A stretch of DNA of 64,000 nt from Phycisphaerales bacterium (lineage in GTDB: Bacteria; Planctomycetota; Phycisphaerae; WQYP01). A program made the translations under genes and the position numbers. Where the stretch lies: NCBI GenBank assembly GCA_027313145.1, contig DAHVEJ010000001.1:6698-70697 (forward strand), read 5' to 3'. Under the pieces are notes generated by a model that was not told the DNA's origin, made no database searches, and saw only the letters and a program-made list of their open reading frames with translations. Positions 63,885 through 64,000 of the stretch are shown one piece after another. How positions within the stretch are numbered: the first letter of the stretch is position 1; each line of letters opens with the position of its first letter.

Positions 63885-64000
63885 AGGAGGTCTCCGTAAA
63901 AGCGATTCTGCGTAATTTTAGGCATCGCGCGAACGACACGTTCGTGCAAAATTTCATCGGGCCTTGCGCAAGGCGATCAGTATACCCAGAGAAGTCATGC

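Overview
The window is a high-GC (about 60%) bacterial chromosomal segment, mostly housekeeping genes on both strands. The protein repertoire (Tat-secreted GH3, BlaI/BlaR1 with Ig-like tail, LGGC lipoboxes, RND efflux) is compatible with a Planctomycetota- or Verrucomicrobiota-like organism, at low confidence. The housekeeping core comprises mnmG, uvrC, nadE, argF/argB, thiS/thiG, ahcY, metH, a type I phosphomannose isomerase (manA-like), rluB, a sugar ABC importer, a GH3 beta-glucosidase and an MFP+RND efflux pump. The housekeeping backbone is interrupted by several accessory or repeat-associated features. (1) A low-GC island of about 4.8 kb at 7.4-11.8 kb carries a membrane-anchored KAP-family P-loop NTPase and a 641-aa protein of unknown function. 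It is bounded by a 280-bp element with terminal inverted repeats (family A) and a truncated IS3-family orfA. (2) An orphan RHS/YD-repeat C-terminal toxin tip, a putative membrane immunity protein and a residual YD-repeat fragment lie at 34.1-36.2 kb, followed by 1.4 kb of repeat-rich non-coding DNA. (3) A near-identical duplicate of the last ~325 bp of metH plus downstream leader brackets a 3.7-kb insert. The insert encodes two large proteins of unknown function and sits next to a RES-Xre toxin-antitoxin pair. (4) There are at least three dispersed non-coding repeat families: family A with nested stems and a CGGACAGGCTCC terminal motif, family B of about 111 nt, and REP-like palindrome doublets with TGATCA clusters in inverted orientation 8.5 kb apart. 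There are also local direct repeats in two divergent promoter regions. No rRNA, tRNA or CRISPR arrays were recognised.
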